From Lama glama (Eukaryota): a DNA stretch of 64,000 bases. The stretch is from contig CM052816.1 in the NCBI GenBank assembly GCA_028534125.1, forward strand, positions 61,568,001 to 61,632,000, read 5' to 3'. The notes below the pieces were generated by a model that was given only the letters and a program-made list of their open reading frames with translations, did not search any database and had not been told where the DNA came from. Shown here in pieces: positions 12,531 through 25,964 of the stretch (position 1 is its first letter; the number at the start of each line of letters is the position of its first letter). Position numbers and translations under genes: made by a program.

Positions 12531-15341
12531 ATGATGCAGAGGCATGAGAATATCTGGAATTATCTTCTAAGAGTTAATTAATAGTTGTGATCTATAGATC
12601 TAACTTACATGAAAGTAGCAGGAAAGTAGCAAATTTAATAACATTATGGGGAAAGTATTTTTGTAGCTTAACCCTCAGTTAAGAATTAAAGTATGAAAAT
12701 TGCCTCACTCCTCCACCCCAAACACTTTAATCAAAGTTTTTACTGTACATAATGTATATGGTTACTGGGAGGAAATAGGTAGTACATTTTCTACCCAAAA
12801 TGTAGAACCAATTTACATCAGCCTTGCAAATATCCCATACTTGCTTTCCCAGAGCCAATACTAGTAGGTAAGTCACTTGCAAACATTGGTAATTTGTACA
12901 AATACAACCAAATCCATTTTAAAAGGTCTTTGTTGATGCCATATTCCTAAATATGTATTCATTATTTAAAGATCTATATGATTTTTCACTTACATTGTGT
13001 TTCATGTAGTGTTTTATTCTATAAAAATATACTGGAAAAGAGAATGAGACGTTTCTAGATATTTAATTAGACCACATTAATACAAAGCAATAGGTACTTC
13101 CAAAGAATTGAGACACAAATCACTTTTGAGATAAACTTTCTTAGAAAAATTTGTCCACAGGTGACCACAGTGCATGGCATTCTTTGTTGTCTGAAGTTTC
13201 CTGCAATGGTCATCTGATTTGATATTTTTTAAGGATCATGAACCATGACTTGAAGACCACTAATGCCTGGAAACAAGAACTTTAAATGAAGTAATTATTG
13301 TTGCTTCCTCCTAAGTTAAGCCAATTTTCAGTTTGCTACAAGAAAGAACTTTTGCCTCAGTGTATCTGTTCTTAAACTCTTTTTTGAGGTCCACATATTT
13401 CTAAATTTTTAGGTTAATTTTCTGTATTCCTAAAAGTAATTGTGTCTAATAATTTTTAATCGACTTTGAGTTGGTGCCACTTAGTTGAATATATCTTATA
13501 CTTTCTTTTGTTACTCTTTGGACAGATATTCTGCCTATAGGATTCTGTGCTTAAGTAATTCAGGAAATTTAAAATTCTCCCATTGATTTATAGTAGTGCT
13601 TAGCTTTATATTTTTTTGTTATATACTTAGCTCCCTTCATAGAAACTTTTATCATTTTTTTGTAGATAGAGGTAAAACTAATATTTCAGAAGGGAAATTA
13701 GGAAAGTAAACTACTAATGCAATGATCTCATAAATTCTTTTTTCATTATACTTTTCACATTGCCCTCTTTATCATTAACCTTAATATAGAATTTTGAATT
13801 TACTAGTAGAATTGCACTTGCCTAAAATTTGTATACCCATATGAAGATATTTTACATAATAAAATAGAACTTTCTAATTTAAAAATTCAACTAAAATAAT
13901 TTTTCTTATTGAGTTACACATCAATTTCTAAAAGTACAGTAAGCAAAATAAAAAGCATTCTGTCATGAAATCTAGATAGCTGGGTAAAATAAAGTTGTTC
14001 TCTATTAGTTAGACACCTTGAGCAGGGACAAGTGAAATGATAATAGTCAATATAACATCTATCTATTCAGTACATTTAATATTCCATCTGATTATTTTTA
14101 TTGATTAAAAAATTAATCAAGAGGGACATAAATGAAAGAAAAAGGGCATAAATATTTTGTCCCTTGGGTCTTTGAATCTATCACCTTATTAATAGTATGG
14201 TTCAATTTTTAAAAGGTATGAATTTGCTACTGTGTAAATATATATTTTCATGTAACAAATTAACTTTTGCATTTTAAGGATATGATAAAATTTTAACTGC
14301 ATATGAAACTCATTATTATGCATGGTTCTTTCTTACTTATCTATAAATGAAAATTTGTACTGTCCTAAATAATAGTTGAGGAACTTCTACTTGTGAAATT
14401 ATTTTGCTTTGGCAAAGTGGATGGAAAAGATTTGGAAAAAAAAACACAAGTGCTGGCACAATTGACAGGAATGTTGGAAAAAATTTTTAAATGTTGGCAT
14501 AGGAATTCTTTAAAAATTCTAACTTACTCACATGTGAAATGAAAGTAAAAAAGCATCTGTCCTATTTTATGCACACTGGCTAAATAAAAATGAACAATTA
14601 TATTTAGCAAAGTATAAAGCTCTTTAAACTAAGGTATTCTGTCTGGCTTTTGGCGATCTTTATGTTATTTGTTCCACTGAATTAAAATATTATGTTTGAG
14701 TGCAAGCATACTTTGAAAAGCAGAAATTATAAAGAGAAGAGAACATTCTCTTTTCCAACTCTGATGACCCTAGATGAAATATGAAATATTTGAGAGACTA
14801 AACACTTCTAATATACTGGAGAGGAGAACTTTGGATCTTGGCCTCATCTATCATTCAGCCCATTTGTTATTGAAATATTTCAAGAACCTTTGGACATGTC
14901 TTACCAGAGTATCTATTGTTCTGCCCAAGATGGAAGTATATAGATTAGGTCTTTAAGGATTACAACCACAAATTTTTTTTCACATTTTGTGTTTTTGATT
15001 CTACTACCAGATGTGGTTATATTTTCACTGAAAACAAACAAGAAGCTGAGAGCAATATGAAAATGTTTTGATTCTTTAAGAAATTAGTTTAAATCAGTGT
15101 TTAAAGGCCAACATGACATTTTTAGGTTGTTTTGTGAGATTCTTTTATTGTGTCTTGGTGCTGGAAAAAACTATTGGAGCTCTTATTTAAATTTTAGTAA
15201 AGCAATTCTGTTTTGCCATATGTGTTTTTTTTTTTTGTAGAAAGTATTGTTTTTCATGCATCAATTATTAAAACAAAGAGCTTAACACATGGTTTCATAA
15301 TTGTGATTGAAACAGTGCATAGTGTACCTAATTTCCTTTGA

Positions 15342-15524
<183 letters not shown>

Positions 15525-17896
15525 TAATTATTTATATGTGTGGTTATGACACAGCTTTCAAGATGCAATTTTGATGAATGTACTCTGGTAACATCATTAA
15601 CACAAATACGGCCTTTGACACTGCTCTTTTTCTGGTATCATTTATATAAAATTTATTATACAAATATTTACTTCTAAATGTTTGAGTAATCAAGTAAAAC
15701 AAGTTTCAAATGTCTTGTGAAGGATGCAGGTAGAATTTTTAATGTTTCTAATTATTTCTTTTTTAAGTTCTGATTTTCTGATGCCAACTTTTTGTTTGTC
15801 TTAGAAATGTTATAATTTTGAAACCTCCCCCTACTCCCCGCCTTTTCTGGTACTCTAATAATTGGATTAAGGGCATTTTTAACATTGGCTAGGAGCCTTT
15901 AATTTATACTTTTAGTATTGAGTAATTTCAAGTTACTTTATCCACTGACCACATTCTAACGTAATAACTGAGTGGGGATAAGGTGACATTAACCCAAATA
16001 CAGAAACAAGGAAAAGTGCTATGGAAAAAAAATGAAGGTATTATAACTGACTCTTCTCATCTGCCTAAAAAAGTCTCAGTGTCTATCTCAGAAAATGTAA
16101 AAAAAGAAAAAAACAGTTCCATAGAGAAAGATTTCAGAGTCTAGTATAGAGAGATGTTCATAGTAGGTACACAGTATAAGCATGTTGAATGAAAGAGTCA
16201 CATTTTAAAATGACAAGTTGTTTGTCAAAATAATTCAGATTTTAAAAAGTAAATTTAAGGCTTAGTTTCTATTTTTATGTAAATAGTGTGTTTAAGATCC
16301 CTTTTTAAAAATAATAACAATAAAAAGAATAAAGTTTTAAGGTAGTTAAGACCAAACAATATATACATTGTACTGTACCAGTTATTCCTCTTGGGTGCAG
16401 TACAAAGGAAAGTGATGTTTTAAATAGCCCTTAGTGACAAGTATATTATTATTCCTGGTAGGGTTTGGCAGCACATTTTGTGCACTAGATTTAAAGATTG
16501 TGTGCAACCATCTGAAAATCTAGAGCTTTGAGTAAAACTTTGGCATTTCTTGTCTCTCTGTAAAGAGTCTTTACTTCTATTCTTGTTTCTGTATAGTTTT
16601 AGTTTCTTTTTTACCTTGGGTTGCTTTTTGCCTCAGAAAAAGTCAGTCAAACTTTAACCACAGTCTTTGATATACTTATAGCTTACTGAGTTGAAATTCA
16701 TGATCAACTGAGTTTACAGATTTTCTGTTAGATTTATTCTTACCTATGGTCTCTCATTTCTTTGTTAGCAAGTAAAAAAGTTCATCTACATTTCAGTTTT
16801 TCTATGGGGAATTGGGTTTAACTCCACCGGTACATTTCCCTATTAGATAGTTTATACTATCAGTTTTGCAGGATCTCTGGATGTTTTTTTTCCTTCAGTA
16901 AATTAATTAAAAATTTGACCTGATTTTTCTGTCTCAATATCTGTATATCTCACTCATTTCAAACTAGCTGGTTTGAAGTGCAATAAATAATTGATAAACT
17001 GTACATTTTCATTCTATGATCCTTATGTGCAGTTTTTAGATTCTATTTTTGTGTTATGTTTATAAAGATTTTTATAATAGTTGTAAAATGAAATTAGAAA
17101 ACTTGGGGAAAGATTTTAGCATCTTACAACCCTATACAATTTCATATATTTTATTATGAATTTTTTTGCATCTACAATCCTATATAATTTCATATTCTTT
17201 CTGGTGAATATTTTTCACTTTGATTTGTAACAAAATGGTTTCCTTAAACTTATGTACTATATGAAAATGCTTTTGCTACTTTTTTATAAAGTGCTATACA
17301 TTACTAACAGTTTCTTGGGTCATAACAGATTCTTTATAACCACTCCCACCTCTTACGCTTGTGCCTGAAGAGTTGAGTTTACACAATTGATAGCGCACAC
17401 CAAAACTCGTGGGCTTTATCTGGATTATCCCTAAGGTTATAAATTATTCTAAATGGTACTTGAGAAAACAATAGTGGCTTTGGAGGTGAAAGTTCAGTCA
17501 GGTAAACAAATCATGCTTCAGATCATAGTTGAAGGGAAAAACAAACCAGTACTGATTTAGATAGCTACCTGAGTGTAGCATCCTGAGATGAACACTAAAA
17601 TATAAGTAGTGGAGTTTTAAAAGAGCACGTAGCCTTTTATGGAGGAGATACTTCTGATGTTAAAGCATCATGAAATGATCCTCTTTCAACTATCAGGGAA
17701 GATTTTAAACAGTGATCTACAGGATGACCCATAACTGCAGCAGTGATCAGCTTTCCATCTCTTCTACTTTGGTCCCCATGTGGTCATTGTGGGGATTAAC
17801 AGTGATTACATCTGTAGTTATGAAAAATCTTGCCTTAATTCTTTGTAAGTACGTTCAGTAATATACATTTTAGATACATTTGGAAATTTAATTTAC

Positions 17897-19320
17897 CAAT
17901 GGAACAGAATAGAGACCCAGAAATGAACCCATGCATAAATGATCTGATTTTCAACCAGGGTGCCAGGAATACAGAATGGAGAAAGGATAGTCTCTTTAGT
18001 AAATGGTGTTGGAAAAACTAGACCCTTATCTTACATCATATGCAAAAATTAACTCAAAGTGGATTAAAGACATAAATGTAAGACTCCAAACTAAAATACT
18101 CCTAGAAGAAAATGTAGGGGAAAGGCTTTTTGATTTTAGTCATGGCAGTGATTTTTCAGATATGACTCTAAAAGCACAGGCAACAAAAGCAATTATAGAC
18201 AAGTGGGACTACATCAAACTAAAAAGCTCTACACAGCAAAGAAGTAGTCAACAAAATGAAAGGGCAATTTATGGAATTTTGAAGAAATATTTGCAAACCA
18301 TATACCTGATAAAAGGTTAATGTCCAAAATATATAAGGAACTTAGTAACAAAACCCTAGAAAACCCAATTTAAAAATGGACAAAGGAACTTAATAGACAT
18401 TTCTCAAAAAAAGGCATACAAATGACCAACAAGTATATGTAAAGGTGCTAAATATCACTAATGGAAACAAAAAATAGCCAGTGTTGACAACAATGTGGAG
18501 AAAAGAGAACCCTTGTACACTTTTGGTAGGAATGTAAATTTGTGCAGCCACGGTGGAAAATAATATGGAGCTTTCTCCAGAAATTAAAAACAGAACTAGC
18601 ATGTGATCCAGGAATCCTACTTCTGTGTATATGTTCAAAGGAATTGAAATCAGGATCTCCAAGAGTCATGTGTACTCTCATATTCATTGCAACATTATTC
18701 ACGATAGTTAAGACATGGAAGCAACCTAAATGTTCAATGGCAGACAAATGAATAAGGGAAGTGTGGTATATACTTACAGTGGGATATTATTCAACCTTAA
18801 AAAAGGAAATCCTGCCATTTATTACAACATGGATGAACCTGAAGGACATTATGCTAAGTAAAATAAGGTAGACACAGAAGAACAAATACTACATGATACC
18901 ATTTATATGAGGATGTTAAAAGAAGAGATTAGAGAAGTAGAGTGGTGGTTGCCAGGGTCTGGGCAAATGGGGAAATGAAGAGGTATTAGTCAAAATGTAC
19001 AAAGTTCAGCTATGCAAGATGGTTAAATCCTGGACATCTATTGTACAGCACAGTGCCTATAGTAGACAAAACCATACTGCATATGTAAAAATTTGCTAAG
19101 AGAGTAGATCTTAAGTTAAATGTTCTCATCACACACTCAGAAATAATAATAATCAATAAAGAGGATGAGAGGAAACTTTTTGGAGGCGATGGATATGTTT
19201 ATTGCATAGTTTGTGGTAATGGTTTCATATACATATCTCCAGACTCATCAAGTTGTATACATTAAATATGTGCAGCTTTTAGTATGTCAATCATACCTCA
19301 AGAAAGTTATTTTTAAAAGA
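17897..19320 (+). mobile_element. L1MA-type LINE, 5'-truncated: ORF2 C-terminus and 3' UTR
   Basis: ORF track 18003-18320 ([22 protein letters not shown]...WDYIKLKS) and 18542-18751 are frameshifted ORF2p C-terminal sequence. L1MA-style 3' UTR includes gctaagagagtagatcttaag...gtcaatcatacctcaa. Confidence 0.9.
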
Positions 19321-19899
19321 AAGAGAGAGATGATTGTTCATCCACAGGTAGATTTAAGCCCCAGGACAAAACCAGAGAAATTTTTCAGACATGGCTTTGT
19401 TTGGCTTATGGGGAATTTTTATTATCTATGAAATTTGTCACTTTTCTGTTTACATAGACTTGAGTTAGCACATAATTGCTAGTATTTTGTACAATAGTTA
19501 TTACTTAATCCAGTGTAGAATTGAGCAATGTTTCATCCATGGACCTTATATTCTGAACCATAAAGGGGAACACATGATCTAAGATGTGGTTCCATGGTAA
19601 AATGGAATGTCTCTTAACAGAATACTTTGAATAAAAGTCTGCTTGCCACTAATTATTACCTATGACCTCAAATTTACCACCAATAGATTTTACTCAGCCA
19701 CTTTTTTTCAGTGGATAGCAGCTAACTTGTTCTTGTAAACTTCAGATAGCTAAAGAATATGACAAGCATGCAAAGTACCTGGCACATGGCAGACATTCAA
19801 TAAATGTTTCCTTTTCCTCTATGAATATCTATGTCATCCATGATAGCATTCCTACATAGCTGATATGCTAGTCATGCTTTAGAAGCAGCTGAGCCATCT

Positions 19900-20575
19900 G
19901 CACTTTGGGGAGCATATTAAGATACTCTAATGGTCACATTTTGACTCATTCTCATCCTTTAATTTCAGCTCAAATGCATTTCTCTTCAGACAGGCTTTCT
20001 GTCTGATCCGTCTGCAAAGGCTTCTCTCGGTTACTTACCTTTATGCTTTCAGTTAAAACATAAAGGGAATTATGCCTTTTATTTCTTCGTAACACTTATT
20101 GCAATCCATATCATTTCACTTGTTTGACTACTCGTCTAGTTAAGGCCTTCCCTAACAACCTTACCTAAAATTGTGCATGCTTGTGTGCACATAGGCACAC
20201 ACACACGCTCACTTTCTGTCATTTTTCCTTGCTTTATTTTTTTGTTACCATTATTACTTTGTAACATACTATATATTTTACTTGTTCATCTTGCTTACTG
20301 CCTGCTTTCCCGACTAGAATCAGTTTTCCTTAGGGGCAGAGATTTTTGCCTATTTCATTCACTGCTCTATCCTTAACACTTAGAACAGTGCCTGGCTCAT
20401 AATAGGTGCTCAGTAAATATTTGTTGAGTGAATGAACTGATAATTATGAGAATGTAAGTTCCATGAGAGCAGGAATTCTACCTATTTGTTCATGGTTATT
20501 TATAAAGTAAGTAGCATAATACCTACCTCATAATAGGAGCTCAGAAAATATTTGGTGAATAAATGAGTGAGAAGA
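19900..20575 (+). mobile_element. L2 3'-end fragments (nested)
   Basis: Two L2 termini: cagtgcctggctcataataggtgctcagtaaatatttgttgagtgaatgaa and ...aataggagctcagaaaatatttggtgaataaatga. Confidence 0.75.
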
Positions 20576-20597
20576 ATTATCTGGTAAAGGGATAGTG

Positions 20598-20763
20598 GAG
20601 GGGTTAGGGTATAGCTCAGTGGTAGAGTGGGTGCCTAGCATGCACAAGGTCCTGGGTTCAATCCCCAGTACCACCATAAACAAACAACAAACCTGATTAC
20701 CTTCCCCCACCAAGTAAAAAGAACCCTGACAAGAAAATATTGAAAGAAAAGAAAAGAAAAAAA
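20598..20763 (+). mobile_element. tRNA-Ala-derived SINE (camelid vic-1 type)
   Basis: Head gggtatagctcagtggtagag...ctagcatgcacaaggtcctgggttcaatccccagtacc. A box at 20612-20622, B box at 20655-20664, A-rich tail, flanking direct repeat gatagtg (20591-20597 and 20764-20770). Confidence 0.88.
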
Positions 20764-20774
20764 GATAGTGAAGC

Positions 20775-20960
20775 AAGGACCTTTGTGAAGACCCTGAGGC
20801 TGTGTATTTGAAGAGCTGAGACTCTGAAAGCAAGCATCATATACATGATGCAAGAAAACACTAGGAGCCAAATCAGACTGCACTTTATAGGCCATGTGAA
20901 GAATTCTAGGTTTTTATCTTAAGAGCAGTGGGGAACTATGGAAGGATTTTTAATGAATGA
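20775..20960 (-). mobile_element. L2 fragment
   Basis: tttataggccatgtgaagaatt...ttttatcttaagagcagtggggaactatggaaggattttta is a typical reverse-strand L2 motif. Confidence 0.6.
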
Positions 20961-22129
20961 GACCAAGAGAATTTATTGATGTGTGATCACAGAATTTTGA
21001 AGACACATTATCTTAAGAAACAAATATGATTTTATAATCTAGGAAAATCGTATTGGGAAATTGGAGATTTTTGTAAAGTGATCTGTGTCCTCTTACCTCC
21101 CCTGTTCCCTTCCTCTCCAAACACACCCTACACAGAGTACTAAAGCATCTCTGCTCTGCCACTGATGATACTTCCTTGTGCGATGCCCTTGCTTTCCTGT
21201 ATAAATTCAAATGTACTTTTTGTACTGGAGGGTACAGCTTCATAATTCTGAGATGAAATGAATGGAAGTGTTTATGTGTAGAAGTGTGTGGGCTTAATAA
21301 TTTTGACTTTAAGATTGCAGAATTCCAGTATATTTTGGTGGAAATAGAACTTACAAAAAGAAAATATGACATAACTTTGGAGACTTTAAGACTTCTCATT
21401 CATTCTTAATCTTTCCAGGAGAAATGTATTTGTGGCAAGGTCTGTATTTTACTTACAGATCATTAAACTTTTTAATGTTTCTCTTCTGCATACCTCAATT
21501 AAGTGATTAATGATAGAATAATCTATAAATGGCTAAATGTACCATATTTGCAAGACACTTTGTTATAAGAGACTTTTAGAATCTAATATTAGATATGAAA
21601 GGTCAAAGGGAATATATATTTCTATATAAAATTAGATTTATTAATTTATAGTAAGAAATATAGCCTCTCAGTTTATATTCAGTCAACTATACTAAAATTT
21701 GAACATTTTATTACCTAAGGAAATCTACTCAGTAGATCAGTTTATTATCAAAAGTTAATTTGGTAAACATAGAATTAAAATACAGGACAGCATAAATTAT
21801 TTTTATTCACATGTTAATTAATGACTATAATAAGTATGCCATCAAGCTATGTCTGCCTGAAGTACAGCTCTTTGCATTCAGGGTAACTGACTTGAGATAA
21901 GATAAATTTGAGTTCTCTAATCAGGGTATTATCCCCTTAGAGAGTACTTAATAAAGACTGACCTATTTTTGTCTCTTAGACTCTAGTTTTTAATGTTTTT
22001 TGTGCTCACTCAGTTTTGTTTATTATTTTATCATTACCAATTAGATAAGATTCAAGTCATCATTCCAGTAAAAATATTTTATTAGTCTTCTTAGGGTACT
22101 GTTGGCTATCTATTTTTTTTAAGAGATGC

Positions 22130-22500
22130 AGATAACTTGGGAGAGGATAATAATGAAATACTTAGAAGTACATATAAGGGAAGTTTAAAGAAATTGAGTA
22201 TGAGTAGCCTGTGAAAAAGAAAGCTAAATGTTGGCTTCAAAATCACTTTCAGACTTTGGAACATTTATTATGGTTTGACTGCTGGTAACAAATTGTTCTC
22301 CTTACCCACCAAAAGCATAAAAAAACACAATTGCCTTAATTTTTACAGCTGGAAGGCAGACTGTAGATTAGGTAGTAGAAAGAATTTCAAGTTGTTAAAT
22401 ATTGGAAGTTTGTACTCAGGGAGGTTGTAGAATCATTTTCCTTGAAGATTTTAAGATGGTGTAAATATTCTACAGTATGGTTTAACATGGGTTTAGGGAA
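22130..22500 (+). mobile_element. L3/CR1 LINE fragment
   Basis: gtttaaagaaattgagtatgagtagcctg...tagattagg...gaaagaatttc...cagggaggttgtagaatcattttccttgaagatttta matches the CR1 3' region pattern. Confidence 0.55.
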
Positions 22501-23765
22501 TAAAAGGCATGGGATTATTTTAACACATCAGTATACTTTTGGAGTCCAGACATATATATTTATCAGGCATATACTCGACAAGAAGTTGATTTGACTTTTT
22601 TTCCTTAAATTTCAAGCCAAAATCTTAAGTTCATAATCATTTATATTCTTAGAGATCAGTAGTTTTTACTCTGGGTTTGCTTCTTAGAAGTATTTTTTAA
22701 AAACCTTTTAATAATTTTTAACCCCTTCAAATTGATGATTAGTTATTTAATCTGAATTTCTAGATTAGTTTTTATTTATATATGTATTATATCTGTGTAT
22801 ATATAATACATATATAACAAAAATATGTATAAAACTTTTTTTTTTGCCTTTCTAGGATCTCTTATACTTAAATTACCCACATAACAGGATTAACCTATTT
22901 AAAGCTGAAATAAGGGTACATTATTCTCTTTCTTCAGATGGCTACCCAACACCTGGAGCCAGGCCACAGGGTCACCATATGTTGGTTTTCAATTTTCCTT
23001 TGTGTGATACAATGATAAGTAACCTTTCTAATCACTGATGCTCCTTCTTGACCTCTTCAGTGCTCCGCTCTCCCCCTTGGCTGTCACGATCCTTTATTGC
23101 AAACAGCTGTTGAAAGATGTTACTGATAGGATAATGAGGATGAAGAGAATGTTTCATATCCACAACCAAGGACCCAAGATGGCATAGGGTTTAGGGTTTC
23201 CCAAGGGCAGAAAATCTGTGTGAATCTCTATTGATCTTTACAATTGTTTAAAAAAATTAAAAAACAAAAACCATCTAGCAATAAAGATGCCATTTTCCCT
23301 TCATATACTGTTTTATTTCCTTAATATAGCAATTATAAAGTGGTTTTGTACTTTTATGATATCACTTTCCCCCTTATGTAAACTGCTAATTTTAATTTTT
23401 TCAGGTAAATCTAAGAGCTTGTCTTCCCAGTTTTCAGTATCATTTAACAGCTACAGTTACTTTAAAAAGGATGGAAACATTAGAAAAAATAGTTCCAATT
23501 TCTTTTATTTTCTTGAAAGGGTCTTTTACTGTAATCAATTATTTTATTCTGATCAAAGGAGCCCTAGTTCAATTCTTTACAATGTTATTTTCTTAATATA
23601 AGTTTTATACTAATTACTTTTATTTTATACTAGATAATTAATTTAAAACTCCACTCTCTCTGTATATTTTTATTATGATTCATACTTGCTAATATTTTTT
23701 ATTGCTGTTAATGTTTGAAAGTTAAATAGACTAGAAATCTGGGAGTTGATATTAATTTTAAATAA

Positions 23766-23808
23766 TTTTAAACTATTCCTACTTTAAATAAGTAGGAATA
23801 GTTTAAAA
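23766..23808. repeat. Perfect 19-bp inverted repeat with 5-nt spacer
   Basis: ttttaaactattcctactt-taaat-aagtaggaatagtttaaaa; the arms are exact reverse complements. Confidence 0.95.
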
Positions 23809-24129
23809 GTCTTGTATTTTGGAAAACCATGTAATACTTTTGAGGAGTATATTAACACTATTTTTATGTGGTGTTGTTACATTCAGAAGTTCCAATAATG
23901 TATGAGTTGATGCCTAAGCTCATACATTGAATGAATATGTTATGAATTAGTACGTAATAGTCTTAATTTTGAGATATCGTCCTTTAAAATACAGGTAAAG
24001 GGTAAGAAGATATTAAGAACATTTAGTGGGATTTTGTATTATATTAGAATGCAAGTAAACCTTTACTAATCAGCCTTAATTGGCCAGTGACTTTATTCAA
24101 TTCTGATACATTTAAGAAAAATGGAAAAG

Positions 24130-24340
24130 TAGCTTAACTGTGTGGAGATATTTTGGACATTGCTATCAGACAGCTGATTCAAATCTAGATTTAGTTAGGA
24201 TTAAAGCAAATTGCTAAGTCTTTCTGAACCTAAATTTTCTCACACTTTCTAAGAGGATTGTCATGATGATTAAATGAAAAATAAAGGTGAATATGCCTGG
24301 CACAGTAGTTGACAGTATACCCTGAAAAAATGTTAGTTCC
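24130..24340 (+). mobile_element. MIR SINE
   Basis: agcaaattgctaagtctttctgaacctaaattttctca...gattgtcatgatgattaaatga...gcctggcacagtag. Confidence 0.6.
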
Positions 24341-24511
24341 TTTCTTTTTCTTTTCTGCCTAAAACATTGCTGCTAAGAAGTCATTTAAGTGTATGCTGGA
24401 GTATCTCCAGTGATGGGAGATTCAGTTTTATTTTATCATTATTCAGCTCTGACTTCTGGAAGATTTTTCTATACATTGAACGGAAATCTGCAGACTCCTC
24501 AGCATTTAAAA

Positions 24512-24730
24512 ATTTTTTTTCAGTTTTATTGAGAAATAGTTAACATACATCACTGTATAAGTTTAAGGTGTGCAGCATGATGGTTCAATTTACACATGTT
24601 GTGAAATGATTACCACAGGTAATAGGTTTAGTTAACATCTATCATACTGTATAAACACAATAAAAAGAAAAGAAAAAAATTTCTCCTTGAGATGAGAACT
24701 CTTAAGATGTACTCTTTTTAGAACTTTTCT
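24512..24730 (-). mobile_element. L1MA-type 3' end fragment
   Basis: T-run followed by cagttttattgagaaatagttaacatacatcactgtataagtttaaggtg...gtgaaatgattaccaca...gatgagaactcttaagat. Confidence 0.8.
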
Positions 24731-25964
24731 GTGTTTCTCTTAGCTTTTACCCATTGGTTGAACTGAATTCTAAATTCTAAATTTTGTCTCCAATCCTTTA
24801 TATAATTGGCTTTTTAAAGTCTTGGGGAAAAGTTTCAGTTTAAAAAACATGACAGAGTAAACACAATCACTTCTTTAGGTATGAAAACAGAATATGCTAG
24901 ATAAATAAAACTAACAACATACAATTGAATATAATTTATTTAGCTACAACATGTATTTCTGTGATGAGAAGATACATAGGTAAAATAAACAAATTGTGGA
25001 TTGATTCCAGTGTAATACATAAGTCTTATTTGTTCATTTATGATTGTTCCCTAGTGCATTAATGATGTGAAACTATCAGCAGGTTCTCCCAAAGAGAAAA
25101 ACTATAGCAGTATATAAAGACCTATAGAATGGTCTTTCTTTGCTGGACATAATGGATAGCTTAGTGCTTTCCTCTCCAAAACACTAAGCTATTGAAGTCA
25201 TGAGGGCAGGTTAAGAATCTGTGATGATGCATCTGTTTGTGTTATTTTTTAAAAGTTGATTGATAACGAAGCTGTACCCTGAAGCCACTTCTTAATTTTT
25301 ATGAAAGTGGTCTCTGTTAGAGGCAGATACTCTCAAAGACCTACATCTCTAAAAAGGAAGCATCACAAGCCACAGAGTTTAAGCCTACAAAGGATTGACT
25401 GATTGGCATGCTGGGAACAAATGCCAGTCAAGATTTAACAGTATAAATGTTTAGTACTGTTGGTGTTTTTCTTTGTTTTCTGGCTACAAGTTTACATAGG
25501 TTTTGAGTGGTCTTTTTTTTTTCATAAATCCTATTTTTTTCATAAGTGGTATAATATTGATTCATGTATCATTTTTCAGTAGAAAGCTTGTATATATCAA
25601 AACCAAAAGATGGAGAGGTAGGGATGTGCCAGAAATGAAGGGGAGTTTTAGTTCAGGTGGTAAACTAGTGAGCTGATACTGTTCATGTTGGGATAGGAGA
25701 TATCACCTTGGGCACGAACTAAGAAATTGGAAAGGAGACCCTTTCATACAGCCAGAACTTGAGAAGAGTCAACTTTCTGTGAAGAAAGAGCTAAACGAAA
25801 ATGATAAGTAAGCTTGTCTGCCCTTTGCTCTGGATAGGGAATAATAGTTCTCATGAGAAATTGAAGCCCTAGGCTTGTGGCTCACATAAGAACAGGGTAA
25901 GACTTTATACAGTCTACGTACATGGTGTGACCAAATAAATCGACAATAAAACCGTGAAACCTTG

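Noticed and set aside
18003..18751. ORFs resembling reverse-transcriptase protein C-terminus as a host gene
   Set aside because: They are frameshifted L1 ORF2 remnants inside a truncated LINE.
20606..20678. tRNA-Ala(AGC) gene
   Set aside because: The tRNA-like head continues into a SINE body with an A-rich tail and flanking direct repeat, and there is no oligo-T terminator directly after it. It is a SINE.
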